A stretch of 64,000 bases of DNA from Nannocystales bacterium (GCA_050633305.1 JBOEGF010000010.1:512001-576000), one strand, 5' to 3'. Shown: positions 19,773 to 29,768, counted from the first letter of the stretch. Numbers and translations are program-made. The notes: a model not told the origin generated them from the sequence alone.

Positions 19773-21224
19773 TTGAGTCGCGCATACCCATGGATTCAGG
19801 TCGCCCTGCGCACCGCGGTGAACCTGTTCTTTCGTCGGGTGGAGGTCGGCGGCACACGAAACGTGCCCGCCGAGCGCGGAGGGTTGGTGGTGTCGTGGCA
19901 TCCCAATGGGCTGGTCGACCCCGCGTTGATCCTCACCCAGTGCCCTCGTCCGATCGTCTTCGGGGCACGGCACGGCTTGTTCTCCTACCCGCTCGTGGGC
20001 AACCTGCTCCGCGAGGTCGGGACCGTGCCGATCTACCGAGCCTCGGACATGAAGGACACGTCCACGGACGCTCGCCGTGCCGCCAACCGCAAGAGCCTCG
20101 AGGCGCTCGCGGAGCGGGTCGCGGGTGGCTCGCTTTCCGCACTGTTTCCCGAAGGCGACTCGCATGACCACTCGGGGCTGCAGGCGCTCAAGACCGGGGC
20201 GGCGCGGCTGTACTACCGGGCTCGGCAGCTCGCCCCCGATCGGGAAGCTCCCGCCATCCTCCTCACTGGGCTGCACTACGACGACAAGCAAATGTTCCGC
20301 TCGAGCGCCCTTGTGGCGTTCTTTCCTCCGCTCGAGCTTCCGCCCCACCTCGACGTGACCCCGTCGGGGGATGTGGACGGAGAAGAAGTCCGCGCACTCT
20401 CTCGTGAACTCACCGAGCACATGGAGCAGACCCTGCGAAACGTGGTCCATGCCACGGAGAGCTGGGAGGTCCACGATCTGTTGCATCGCGCGCGTCGACT
20501 CGTCCGGGCCGAGCGAGCGCATCGTTCGGGCGAGTCGCCGGGAAAAACAACCATTGGCGAGCGAGTGCTGGGGTTTGCCGAGGTCCGCGATGGGTATCTC
20601 CACGCCCGAAAGCGAGACCCCGTTTCGACGGCGGCGCTCCGAGCTCGCGTCACGCAGTATGACGCTGACCTGCGCTCCTTGGAGCTCGAGGACTACGACC
20701 TCGACGCGCCACCGAGGACGCATTCTGCAAAGTGGCTTGCGTTGCTCGGGCTCCAGGCCCTCGGGGTGTTCTTTCTGCTGCCGCCTTTGGTGTTCGTCGG
20801 CTACCTGGTCAACCTTCCCACCGCGGGTCTGCTCCTGGGCATCGCCAAGGTGGCCGGAAAACGGCGCAAGGACGAAGCAACCGTCAAGCTGGTGTTGGGG
20901 ATGCTTCTGTACCCGTTGACCTGGATCGGGGTGGGCATCGCTGCGGGGTTTGGCCATCAACAGCTTCACCTTGGCTTCCCCCGGATTCCCGATGCGCCTG
21001 TCTCGGCCGGCTTTATCGCCGCTGCACTCAGTGCGATGGGCGGGGCTGCGGCATTGCGCTACTGGGTCGTGGCACGGGAGACCGCTCGCGCGGTTCGGGT
21101 CCGCCTGACACGGGCACGTGCGATCCGCTCTGTCGCGCAGCTTCGACGCGACCGGGCAGTCCTCTACGATGCGCTCGCGGAGCTGATCGAGGCCACGTCC
21201 GTAGACAAGGACGGTCCGGAATAG
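19773..21224 (+). CDS. Glycerolipid acyltransferase (PlsC-like) with C-terminal TM helices
   Basis: HPNGLVD (HxxxxD), VPIYR, FPEGDS, KTGAAR. TTG start preceded by GGAG. Confidence 0.85.
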   Translation: MSRAYPWIQVALRTAVNLFFRRVEVGGTRNVPAERGGLVVSWHPNGLVDPALILTQCPRPIVFGARHGLFSYPLVGNLLREVGTVPIYRASDMKDTSTDARRAANRKSLEALAERVAGGSLSALFPEGDSHDHSGLQALKTGAARLYYRARQLAPDREAPAILLTGLHYDDKQMFRSSALVAFFPPLELPPHLDVTPSGDVDGEEVRALSRELTEHMEQTLRNVVHATESWEVHDLLHRARRLVRAERAHRSGESPGKTTIGERVLGFAEVRDGYLHARKRDPVSTAALRARVTQYDADLRSLELEDYDLDAPPRTHSAKWLALLGLQALGVFFLLPPLVFVGYLVNLPTAGLLLGIAKVAGKRRKDEATVKLVLGMLLYPLTWIGVGIAAGFGHQQLHLGFPRIPDAPVSAGFIAAALSAMGGAAALRYWVVARETARAVRVRLTRARAIRSVAQLRRDRAVLYDALAELIEATSVDKDGPE

Positions 21225-21295
21225 GGCTCGAGTTGGGACTTGTGGCCCGGCCCACCGACGGGACCGGTACTTGGGGCAGACACGACAGAGAGTAC

Positions 21296-22438
21296 TCAGC
21301 TGGTCGAGTTCGTGCGGGCGCGGCGAAGTTGGTCGACCAAGGCTTGTTCCGTTGCCGGGTCGGCTGCTTGTGGCCGATCGTGCAAGAGTGCGAGGCGGGC
21401 GAGCGCGGTGTGCATGCGGTCGAACCATCGTCGCTGTGCGTGGTTGCCTCGCTTTCGAGCGTGGAGCATTGCCCGAAAATCTCCGAACCACGCGATCTCG
21501 GCGGGGGACAGCCCATAGCGTTCGGCGAGCCACGGGACGAGTTCGCAGAAACGCTTCTCCTCCTTTCGACGGGTTCGATACAGCACGACCGCGACTGAGA
21601 TGAACGCGACGAAGAACGCCGCAGCCGTCAGGAGTAGAACGCCGACGCCGGCTTCACCGAGCACACCGGGAGCCGCCGCCGAGGCGTTCCACAGCGCGTG
21701 CGTGGCCACGGCGAGCGCATAGCCCCAAAGGATGCTTGGGAACACCGCGCGACCCCGCGAGATCGCACGTCCAACCGCGAGGCCGGTCCATGCCGTGAAC
21801 AACGGATGTGCAAACGGGGCAAGGATGCCGCGCAGGATGAAGACCGCGGCGAGCTGACCCTCGCTGGCGGCGCGGGCGAAGTACTCGATGTCTTCCACAA
21901 CCGCGAAACCGATCGCTGTCCATGCCGCATACACGATGCCGTCCATCGGGCTGTCGACCTCGCGCCGCTTGACCGCGTAGAGGATCGCCCCTGCCTTGGT
22001 GGCTTCTTCGATGAATGGCGCAGAGACCACCGAGGCGATGACCTCGCCGGCCAGTGCACCGACGGTTGCGTTGACGATCGAGGAGAGCAGAATCGCCACG
22101 GTCGCTCCCCACAGCAGCGAGTGGATGAGCGCCGAAGGCGGCTCCGGCTCCACGCGGTCGAGCCACATCATCACCGGCAGTGCGATCACCGCGGGGGCCA
22201 AGGACAGCAGGACGACATGCGGCATGGTCGCGAGTGCGACCAGCACGACGGGCACCACAACGAGCGCCGCGAGCAGAACAGGCACGCTCAGCCAACCCGG
22301 CACGGTGGGCTTCTTGGGGCGTGCACTCAGGTGGGGCGTCCATGCCCACCCGTCCCACCACCGCCATCGGCTGGGGTTCCACGGATCGGGATACCAGCCG
22401 CGATGTGCAGGCATCGTGGTTTGCACGTTCGACTCCAC
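21296..22438 (-). CDS. PrsW-family intramembrane protease with N-terminal DUF2510-like motif
   Basis: GWYPDP...RWWDGWAWT; APFIEEATK; GFAVVED; HPLFT; HALWN. Confidence 0.88.
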   Translation of the reverse strand: MESNVQTTMPAHRGWYPDPWNPSRWRWWDGWAWTPHLSARPKKPTVPGWLSVPVLLAALVVVPVVLVALATMPHVVLLSLAPAVIALPVMMWLDRVEPEPPSALIHSLLWGATVAILLSSIVNATVGALAGEVIASVVSAPFIEEATKAGAILYAVKRREVDSPMDGIVYAAWTAIGFAVVEDIEYFARAASEGQLAAVFILRGILAPFAHPLFTAWTGLAVGRAISRGRAVFPSILWGYALAVATHALWNASAAAPGVLGEAGVGVLLLTAAAFFVAFISVAVVLYRTRRKEEKRFCELVPWLAERYGLSPAEIAWFGDFRAMLHARKRGNHAQRRWFDRMHTALARLALLHDRPQAADPATEQALVDQLRRARTNSTS

Positions 22439-22526
22439 GTTTTGCGTTCGAACGTATCACCTTCGAGTTCGGTGACCGTTTCGTGAAGTCGCAGCGCGCC
22501 GTCTCGGGGCCGCGGACGGCGGATCG

Positions 22527-24221
22527 TCAGTCTTTGCTGAACAGACCGCGCAGGCCGGATTTCTTCTTCTCAGGCTTCTTGCCGCCGGGAGACTGACCGC
22601 TGGCCATCTTGAGCGCACGTAGGTAGCGCTCGGCGTTGATCAGCCGCGGGTCGGACTTCAGCGCGCGTTCGTAGCAGATGATCGCGGCGCCGGATGCCCC
22701 TAGATCGCGAAGAATGTGGCCTCTCCACATCTGGGCTCGCGCGAGCTTGGGCGCCTCGGTCAACACGGCTCCCAGGAGCTTTTCGGCTCGGGTCGCGTCC
22801 CCGCGGGCGCGGCCCGAGAGGTTGTACTCACACCAGATCGCCGCAGCCTGGTAGTCGGGCTCGTCGGGGGTGAGCTCGAGTGCTCTTCGGTACTCCGCGT
22901 TGGCGCGGTCGAACTTGTTGGCCTTGAGGTAGCGATCGCCGTCGCGGGCGATGACCTCGCTCTCGAACGCGGCCCGGGCGAGGTTGGCGGCTTCGGCATC
23001 TGCGCTGGCCGACACGTCTTCGCCCCGCTCGAGCGCTTCGGAGATGCGTTGGCGCTCCTCCTTGTTGGATAGGGTTGTGTTGGCTTCGCTCAGGGCCGCG
23101 AACACATCGGTCACGCGCTCTCGCAGGTGCTCCCACCCTTTGGCTTGCAGCGCGTCCGGGTGCATCCGACGACTGAGGTCGGACCAGATGCCCCGCAGCT
23201 CTTTGCGCCCTCCGGTGATGTCGAGCCCCAGGAGGGCGAAGGGGTTGGCGTCCTCCGCGATCCGAGCCTCGAAGCTCTCGAGCTCGCCGACGAACGCGGT
23301 AAGCCCGACATCGGGCGTGTCGGGCTCAGGCGCGGGTGGGGGCGCCGGTGCAGGAGCTGGTGCCGAAGCTACAGGCGCCGGTGCGGGCGCTGGTGCGGGC
23401 GTCGGAGCGGGTGCAGGTTGTGGTTTGCGGGCGGGTGCGGTCCTCGCTGTCGTGGGCGAAGCAACGGCCTGTGCAGACGCTCCGGTGTAGAGCATCTGCG
23501 ACGCCCACAGCACGTACACGAGCTGCGCTGCACGGCGTGGCCCACCTTGGGTGGCCGCCGCGAGGCTGTTGAAGTCGGTGCCGGCTTGAAGTGCTTCGAG
23601 GAGGGGGGCGTCGGTCGGTCGGAACCGGAAGTGCTCGTGGTAGCGGGCGTACGCAGCGGTCACCCGCAGAGAGCCTCCCAGGTGCGTACCCATCTCGGCC
23701 TGAACGCGGGCCTCGTCGTAGTGCCGACCGACGGCCGCCAGGATGAGCTCCAGAACGTTGACCCCGGTCATGTGCCCGAGTTCGTGTTGGGTGGTGTGCA
23801 GCGTCGCTTGGCCGTCGCGAAGCGCGAACAGGTGAGAGAGCTTCCGGCCGCACTGGAACCGAAGAGCCTCCGCGAGTTGGGCTTCGTCGATGACGCCGAG
23901 CTGCTGCAGGGTCTGACCGAGGAGGCCACTCCCGGTCTGGGCCATCTGTCCGAGGCCCTGCATCAGCGTGGCCTCGTCGACCCGTCGGAGCTCGAGCAGG
24001 ACCTGTCCGAGCACATCAGGGCCGCTGACCCAGTTGGTGAACACGGGCATGCCTCCGCTGAACCAGACGCGACGCATCCCTGCGGGTTGGCCCCCGGAGG
24101 CCGGCTGCTCCACGTCCATCGTGCCGGTGAAACGCTTGTGCAGCAGCGCGAACAGAAGCCGTGGAGGGCTTACCTGCGCAAAGTTCAACACCGTGGCTGC
24201 AGCAGCGCTCTCGTTGGACAC
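22527..24221 (-). CDS. DUF4388-like + J-domain + TPR protein
   Basis: FTGTM and LGQVL/LLGQTL motifs; Pro-Ala linker; NPFALLGL...MHPD J-domain; TPRs. Confidence 0.8.
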   Translation of the reverse strand: MSNESAAAATVLNFAQVSPPRLLFALLHKRFTGTMDVEQPASGGQPAGMRRVWFSGGMPVFTNWVSGPDVLGQVLLELRRVDEATLMQGLGQMAQTGSGLLGQTLQQLGVIDEAQLAEALRFQCGRKLSHLFALRDGQATLHTTQHELGHMTGVNVLELILAAVGRHYDEARVQAEMGTHLGGSLRVTAAYARYHEHFRFRPTDAPLLEALQAGTDFNSLAAATQGGPRRAAQLVYVLWASQMLYTGASAQAVASPTTARTAPARKPQPAPAPTPAPAPAPAPVASAPAPAPAPPPAPEPDTPDVGLTAFVGELESFEARIAEDANPFALLGLDITGGRKELRGIWSDLSRRMHPDALQAKGWEHLRERVTDVFAALSEANTTLSNKEERQRISEALERGEDVSASADAEAANLARAAFESEVIARDGDRYLKANKFDRANAEYRRALELTPDEPDYQAAAIWCEYNLSGRARGDATRAEKLLGAVLTEAPKLARAQMWRGHILRDLGASGAAIICYERALKSDPRLINAERYLRALKMASGQSPGGKKPEKKKSGLRGLFSKD

Positions 24222-24288
24222 GCCTGATCAGCGTAGCACCGCTGCGTCCCCACCTGGTACCGTTGTCGCGATCGCGTTTTAGCTGCCC

Positions 24289-25077
24289 ATGAGCATCAGC
24301 TTCATCGACGGAAACTCAAAGATCCGGTTCTCCGGGGTCACCGATGTGGGGCGCGTCCGCGACCACAACGAGGACAACTTCCTCATCGCCGAGGAGATGC
24401 CGCTCGCGGCGGTCTCCGACGGAATGGGGGGCCACGCGAGTGGCGAGGTTGCGTCGCAGATTACGGTGGATACGCTCCGGCGGTACTACACGGACACGCA
24501 CGAGACCGGAGCTGACACTTGGCCGTTCCCGATGCCGTCGCTGCACGTCGAACGCGACCGGATGACGGTGTCGATCAAGCTGGCCAACACGATCATCCAC
24601 GACACCGGCAAGCGCGACCCTTCGAAGAAGGGCATGGGTTGCACGGCCGACGCGATCTATTTCAGCCAGGGCCGGTTCTTCATCGGACACGTGGGAGATT
24701 CGCGCGTCTATCGCATCCGCGGAACTCAGATTCAGCTGCTCACCGAGGACCACTCACTCCTCAACGACTACAAGCGGATGAAGGCGATGAGCGGAGAGGA
24801 GGCCGAGAACTTCCCCCACAAGAACGTCGTCGTGCGGGCACTGGGACTTGCACCGCACGTCTTCGTCGACATCCTCGTCGAGGAGTACCAGCAAGGTGAC
24901 CTGTACCTGCTGTGCTCCGATGGCCTCACCGACATGCTGGATGACGAGACGATTCTGGCCACGATCACGCGGTTTCAGAGCATCGACACTGCGTCGCAAA
25001 CGCTTGTCCAACAAGCCAACGAAGCCGGCGGCGTGGACAACATTACTGCCCTTGTTGTTCGCATTGAGCCTGCGTGA
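24289..25077 (+). CDS. PP2C-family Ser/Thr phosphatase
   Basis: TDVGRVRDHNED, DGMGGH, HVGDSR, LLCSDGL, GGVDNIT. Confidence 0.95.
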   Translation: MSISFIDGNSKIRFSGVTDVGRVRDHNEDNFLIAEEMPLAAVSDGMGGHASGEVASQITVDTLRRYYTDTHETGADTWPFPMPSLHVERDRMTVSIKLANTIIHDTGKRDPSKKGMGCTADAIYFSQGRFFIGHVGDSRVYRIRGTQIQLLTEDHSLLNDYKRMKAMSGEEAENFPHKNVVVRALGLAPHVFVDILVEEYQQGDLYLLCSDGLTDMLDDETILATITRFQSIDTASQTLVQQANEAGGVDNITALVVRIEPA

Positions 25078-25135
25078 GTTCTCGCGGCAGCGCGTGGACT
25101 TGCCCTGGGCTGGCCTGGGGTAGGTTCGCCGAATC

Positions 25136-25600
25136 ATGACCGTCGTTGCAGCGAAAAGCGTCGTTTCGATCCAATACACCCTCAAGAACGACGAAGGAGA
25201 GACGATCGACGCCTCGGAGGCGGGCGAGCCGCTTCTCTACCTGCACGGCGCAGGAAACATCGTTCCCGGCCTCGAGCAGGAACTCGAAGGCAAGAAGGTC
25301 GGCGACAAGCTCGAGGTGGTCGTTCAACCAGCAGATGGCTACGGAGAGGTCTCCGGCCCCGGTCCGCAGGCGCTGCCTCGCGAAGCCTTTGAAGGCGTGG
25401 AGCCAGCCCCGGGCATGTCGTTCGTCGCGGAAGACGAAGACGGAAACCAGATCCACCTGTGGGTCCTCGATGCCAATGAGGAGCGCGTCGTGGTGACCCC
25501 AGACCACCCTCTCGCCGGCGTGACGCTGCACTTCGCCGTCGAGATCGAAGCGATCCGCGAAGCGACGGCCGAAGAGCTCGAGCACGGTCACGTGCACTGA
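25136..25600 (+). CDS. slyD: FKBP-type peptidyl-prolyl isomerase SlyD
   Basis: [37 protein letters not shown]. Confidence 0.93.
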   Translation: MTVVAAKSVVSIQYTLKNDEGETIDASEAGEPLLYLHGAGNIVPGLEQELEGKKVGDKLEVVVQPADGYGEVSGPGPQALPREAFEGVEPAPGMSFVAEDEDGNQIHLWVLDANEERVVVTPDHPLAGVTLHFAVEIEAIREATAEELEHGHVH

Positions 25601-25780
25601 TTGCAGGAGCGTGCCTTCGCATCCGTGGAGGCGGCCTCTTGTTCGATGGGCCGCGGCACCCTCGCGAGCGCGAGCGGGCCGTGGCCTTTTCGCAGGTCCG
25701 CGCACGGACGCGAGTCGGCCCCGGAAGAACCTCAGGCCGAGTCGAAGGAAAACGGGTTGGCGCACCATCGATGATCGCCC

Positions 25781-26575
25781 ATGAAGACCTGTACTCATTT
25801 GCTGCGTTGGATCGGTCTGCTCGCTTTCGTCCCCGTCGCTGGCTGCATCAGTCCGACCCTTTCGGAGGACACCGACGCCGGCTCCTCCGGCGACAGCACG
25901 GGGTCGGCAACGACAACGATGGCGATCTCGACAGCGACGGGCTCGTCGACTTCGGCGGGGCCTTCAGGCTCGAGCGAAGCGACGACCGCCGGAGGCTTGC
26001 CCCCTGGGTCGGGGTGCTGCGAGCCCCATGCCGGACCGGGCTGCAACGAGCCGTCCGTGCAAACCTGCGTCTGCGATGAGAACACGACGTGCTGCGGCTT
26101 CGACTGGTCCGCGGAGTGTGTGGAGTTGGCCCAGGGACGCTGCGCGGCGACCTGCGAGCCCGACGCGACGACCGGTGATTCGACGACCAGCGCAACCTCC
26201 GGTGCGAGTGGCTCGACAGGAGGAGGTACCGGTGCCTCGACCGGGTTTGGACCCACGGGAGGGTTGGAGGCCAGTCCCTGCTGCGAGGCGCTCGGGGGCG
26301 TGGGCGGGTGCCTGCACCAACCGACCCAAGAATGCGTCTGCGCCATCAACTCGGGGTGTTGCGACGATGCCTGGACGGCGGAATGTGCAGCGCTCGCGCA
26401 GAGCGATTGCAACGCGTGTACCTCGGGTGACTGTTGTGCACCGCAGGGCAGCGCCGGCTGCAACGACCCGACCGTTGAATCCTGCGTGTGTGCCCTGGAC
26501 GACTTCTGTTGCGACCAGACCTACGACGAGATCTGTGCCGACCTCGCCGCGTCCAACTGCGACGCGTGCGAGTAG
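25781..26575 (+). CDS. Cys-rich repeat lipoprotein
   Basis: Lipobox VAGC; three repeats of 10 Cys each (CC..GC..CVC..CC..W/Y..C..C..C). Confidence 0.8.
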   Translation: MKTCTHLLRWIGLLAFVPVAGCISPTLSEDTDAGSSGDSTGSATTTMAISTATGSSTSAGPSGSSEATTAGGLPPGSGCCEPHAGPGCNEPSVQTCVCDENTTCCGFDWSAECVELAQGRCAATCEPDATTGDSTTSATSGASGSTGGGTGASTGFGPTGGLEASPCCEALGGVGGCLHQPTQECVCAINSGCCDDAWTAECAALAQSDCNACTSGDCCAPQGSAGCNDPTVESCVCALDDFCCDQTYDEICADLAASNCDACE

Positions 26576-26590
26576 CAAGCTTTCAAAACA

Positions 26591-27124
26591 CTACTCGAAG
26601 TGCTCGTTGAGCACCGCGAGGGTGCGCTGGAGTTCGGCTCGCAGAGGGCCGAACTCGGGGACGGCGGGGTCGCCGAGTTCATCGATGTGTTCTCGCAAGT
26701 ATGCGCGCGCATCTTCGAGCGCGACGTAACGCTGGTCGCACTGCGCTTCTTGAATCACAGGAAACCGGGTCGCAAGAGCGTCCCCGTTGAGTCCTTCGTG
26801 GACGACGACCCAGATCGTACCGTCGGCCTTCTCGAAGGCGTGCCCCTCGGAGTCCCACTGCCACCACGCCTGTCCGAGCAGACCAAAGGACATCGCGGCG
26901 GGGCCGAACGCGTCGTACTCGAAGCGCTTCGCGTCTTCCCCCTCGGCATGTGGACAAGGGTCGTCGTCCTCAGGTGGGACGACGTGTGCCGAACGATCCT
27001 CGGAGCCGGGGTCCGGCACTGCGCCGGGCGGGTCCGGAGGGGACGGTCGTGGTGCGGGGCCGATCGGAGCCGGGCACCCCGCGAGAAGACACGCCGCGAG
27101 GCCAAGCGTTAGATGCTCTGCCAT
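26591..27124 (-). CDS. Hypothetical lipoprotein (candidate immunity protein)
   Basis: MAEHLTLGLAACLLAGC lipobox; overlaps the end of the upstream gene by 16 nt. Confidence 0.7.
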   Translation of the reverse strand: MAEHLTLGLAACLLAGCPAPIGPAPRPSPPDPPGAVPDPGSEDRSAHVVPPEDDDPCPHAEGEDAKRFEYDAFGPAAMSFGLLGQAWWQWDSEGHAFEKADGTIWVVVHEGLNGDALATRFPVIQEAQCDQRYVALEDARAYLREHIDELGDPAVPEFGPLRAELQRTLAVLNEHFE

Positions 27125-27765
27125 ACCGTCGGAGGCACCGCGAGGATACCGGACATCCACTCGTATTCTTTGAGCGCAACGAGTTCCATGGCGTTGGGCT
27201 GGGTCGCGTCGTAGTCCCAGTGGAACTCGGAGACGTTGGCCCCGGTGCCGCAGAACACGTGCCGTCCACCGCGGGCACAGCCGACCCAGAACGGAACTTT
27301 GTCGAGCTTGTCGATGCCGGTCATGTTCGGCGGCTTGCGGCGGTAGTCCACCACCATGTCCGACACGGCCAGCTTGTAGTAGGTCTTCTTGGTCCGCGCG
27401 ATGTGGGCCGAGTAGCTGTGCTCGCTGTCGGAAGTGTCGGTCACATCGGGGTTCCAGTAGATTCCGGTCCAGCCCTTTGCGATCAGCTCTCGGATGAGGA
27501 ACGTCCCCTTGAGCTGGTTGCGGCGGGTCACCGTCGCGATCTGATTCCACACCGCTCCGCGGCCAACTTTCTCGAACGCATACTCGGCGCACTCCATCGC
27601 CCACACCACGCAACTGCTCTTGGTCAGTGAAGCGCCGGCGGGGGGGTTGTAGTTGGAGTGGTCTCCGTAGTGCGTCCCGTACCCACGAGCGTTGATCGCA
27701 TCTCGGTGGGCCTTCGTTTTCTTCTCGATGGCCTCCTTTCCCGCGCGCGCCAGTTGCATGCTCAT
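27109..27765 (-). CDS. Hypothetical protein, putative Cys-His (papain/NlpC-P60-like) hydrolase
   Basis: SCVVW, GIYWNPD, RGGRHVF, SEFHW; no signal peptide. Confidence 0.6.
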   Translation of the reverse strand: MSMQLARAGKEAIEKKTKAHRDAINARGYGTHYGDHSNYNPPAGASLTKSSCVVWAMECAEYAFEKVGRGAVWNQIATVTRRNQLKGTFLIRELIAKGWTGIYWNPDVTDTSDSEHSYSAHIARTKKTYYKLAVSDMVVDYRRKPPNMTGIDKLDKVPFWVGCARGGRHVFCGTGANVSEFHWDYDATQPNAMELVALKEYEWMSGILAVPPTVWQSI

Positions 27766-27836
27766 TGTGCGTCCCAACCCTTCATGTGGGTGAGGATAGC
27801 CGTGCGCTTCGATACCGTCGAGCCAGCGGATTGGCT

Positions 27837-28739
27837 CTAGGCTTTGCCGCCGCCCTCAGGGACACCGTGGCCGTCCGAGGGGTTGAACAGGTTGATCGGA
27901 ACAGCGAGGCGCCGGATGCCGTTCTTGTCCGGCGTGGGCATGTGGCCAGCGCCGACGTTGAGCGAGACCGACTGGAACAAAAGTCGCGGCGCCGCGAGTG
28001 AGCCGTCGCGTGCTTGGCGGAACTGAACGAAGGCTTCTTTGCTCGTTTCGGCGGTGAGCTGGATGTTGTGGGCCTTGGAGGCCCCGATGGTCGTCTCGTA
28101 AGCCAAGGCGCGCCCTCCGGGTTGATAGTCGTGGCCCACGAACACACGGGTCGAGTCGGGAAGCCCGTAGAGCTTGGTCGTGACCGCGTCGTACAGCGCC
28201 TCGGCGCTTCCCCCGGGAAAGTCGCAACGACCTGTGCCTTGGTCGGGCATGAACAGTGCGTCCCCGGTGAATACGGCATCGCCGATGTGAAAGCTGAGGC
28301 ACGCGGGGGTGTGCCCCGGCGTATGAAGCGCGCGCACCTCGAGGCTCCCGGTCTCGAGGAGCTCACCGTCGGCGATGAGCCCGTCGAACTGACTCCCATC
28401 AGTCGCGAAGCTGTCTCCGAATCCGAACACGGGTTTGAAGGTTTGTTGGACGGTCTGAATGTGTTCGCCGATGAGGACCTTGGCCCCGAGTGCGGCTTTG
28501 AGCGCCTGGGCGCCGGTGATGTGGTCCGCATGCGCGTGGGTCTCGAGGATGGCGTGCACGTTGAGTTGGTGACGCTCGACGAACCCGAGGAGGTCCCGAA
28601 CTGAGAGGGCCTTTGTTGCCGAGGCCACAGGGTCGTAGTCGAGGACCGGATCGATGATGACGGCGTCTCGCGTCTCCTCATCCCAGACGATGTACGTGAG
28701 GGTGGCGGTCTCGGGGTGGTACTTCGCCTCGATCTTCAT
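27837..28739 (-). CDS. MBL-fold metallo-hydrolase, persulfide dioxygenase (Blh/ETHE1-like)
   Basis: IIDPVLDYD, ETHAHADH, TPGHTPAC, GDALFMPD..GRCDFPGG, GHDY. Confidence 0.88.
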   Translation of the reverse strand: MKIEAKYHPETATLTYIVWDEETRDAVIIDPVLDYDPVASATKALSVRDLLGFVERHQLNVHAILETHAHADHITGAQALKAALGAKVLIGEHIQTVQQTFKPVFGFGDSFATDGSQFDGLIADGELLETGSLEVRALHTPGHTPACLSFHIGDAVFTGDALFMPDQGTGRCDFPGGSAEALYDAVTTKLYGLPDSTRVFVGHDYQPGGRALAYETTIGASKAHNIQLTAETSKEAFVQFRQARDGSLAAPRLLFQSVSLNVGAGHMPTPDKNGIRRLAVPINLFNPSDGHGVPEGGGKA

Positions 28740-28752
28740 GCACCAGGACAAA

Positions 28753-28768
28753 TGCACGCGCCGTGCCG
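28753..28768 (-). promoter_or_regulatory. Sigma54 -24/-12 promoter of the MBL gene
   Basis: CGGCACGGCGCGTGCA (GG-N10-GC); predicted +1 near 28742, about 3 nt before the ATG. Confidence 0.65.
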
Positions 28769-28811
28769 ACGTGTCTTCAAGGGACTGGTTCGGGGACGCG
28801 GCTCGTACAGT

Positions 28812-28826
28812 CGGCAACTCTTGCGG
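28812..28826. promoter_or_regulatory. Putative enhancer-binding-protein site
   Basis: CGGCAACTCTTGCGG; a second copy, GCGCAGAGGATGCGT, at 28853-28867. Confidence 0.6.
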
Positions 28827-28954
28827 AATCCGCCGGATCGGCGCTCTCCGGAGCGCAGAGGATGCGTCCATCCGGGGCTCGGGCGCCGCAGCGTCGCGAC
28901 ACGTGTTGCAAGACGTCTGAAACGCGGAGGGCGGTAGTGCCCTGTTCCACGACA

Positions 28955-29290
28955 CTAGCGGGCGAGGCGGTAGACGGTGTCGCCGTTGACGACCATCGTC
29001 CAGGTGCCGGCATCTTCGTGAGGAGGCGTGTCCACCGTGAAGGTCGTTTTTTGAGTCATCACGCCGACGACGAAATCATCTCCGACCCAACCCGCAATCG
29101 GACCTTCGGTATGCTCGTTTCCCGCACCCTTCTTCCGGTCGTACGAGACGCGGGCATCGGTCGTGACCGTGAGGCGGACCCCGTCACCTTCCCACGTTCC
29201 CGCGTACTGACTCTTCTCGGGGGGCAGGGGGGCAGGCGAGCCGCAGGCGAGGACGGCGGCACACAAGGTGAGGAGAGCGAGACCTCGCAC
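28955..29290 (-). CDS. Small lipoprotein
   Basis: Lipobox VLAC; YAGTWEG. Confidence 0.75.
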   Translation of the reverse strand: MRGLALLTLCAAVLACGSPAPLPPEKSQYAGTWEGDGVRLTVTTDARVSYDRKKGAGNEHTEGPIAGWVGDDFVVGVMTQKTTFTVDTPPHEDAGTWTMVVNGDTVYRLAR

Positions 29291-29340
29291 GGGCCGGATG
29301 ATACCGCGCTACGCGGGCCCGACCACCCGGGGTCGGTCCG

Positions 29341-29730
29341 CTAGCTCGCGACCATCGCGAAGCGGGCAGCGACGAAGGTGAGGATGTCATCGAGATTGAC
29401 CGGCTTGGAGAAGAAGCGGTCGGCGTTGAGAGCAACACACCGGCGGCCAGCATCGATGGGGTCCTCCGCACTCAGAACCACGATCGGGATGCGCGGGTAG
29501 AGCGCGCGGACGCGGCCGATGAGCTCGCTGCCGCTGAGGTTGGGCATGTCGAGATCCGTGAGCACGAGGTCCGGTCGCGTGACGCGGACGATGGACCATG
29601 CGACTTCCCCGTCCGGGGCCTCGTCGACCTCGTACCCTTCTTCGCGGAGCACCGCGGCGAGTCCGGTACGGGTCCCGACGTCGTCTTCAGCGACGAGCAG
29701 TCGTTTGGCTCCGTTCATGGCGTCCATCAT
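29341..29730 (-). CDS. Single-domain response regulator
   Basis: LVAEDD, DLVLTDLDMP, SKP. Confidence 0.92.
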   Translation of the reverse strand: MMDAMNGAKRLLVAEDDVGTRTGLAAVLREEGYEVDEAPDGEVAWSIVRVTRPDLVLTDLDMPNLSGSELIGRVRALYPRIPIVVLSAEDPIDAGRRCVALNADRFFSKPVNLDDILTFVAARFAMVAS

Positions 29731-29753
29731 GGCGTGGAATCCTCACTCGTTGC

Positions 29754-29768
29754 CGGCAAGCGTTGCGG
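29754..29768. promoter_or_regulatory. Putative enhancer-binding-protein site
   Basis: CGGCAAGCGTTGCGG between the divergent regulator and kinase genes. Confidence 0.6.
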
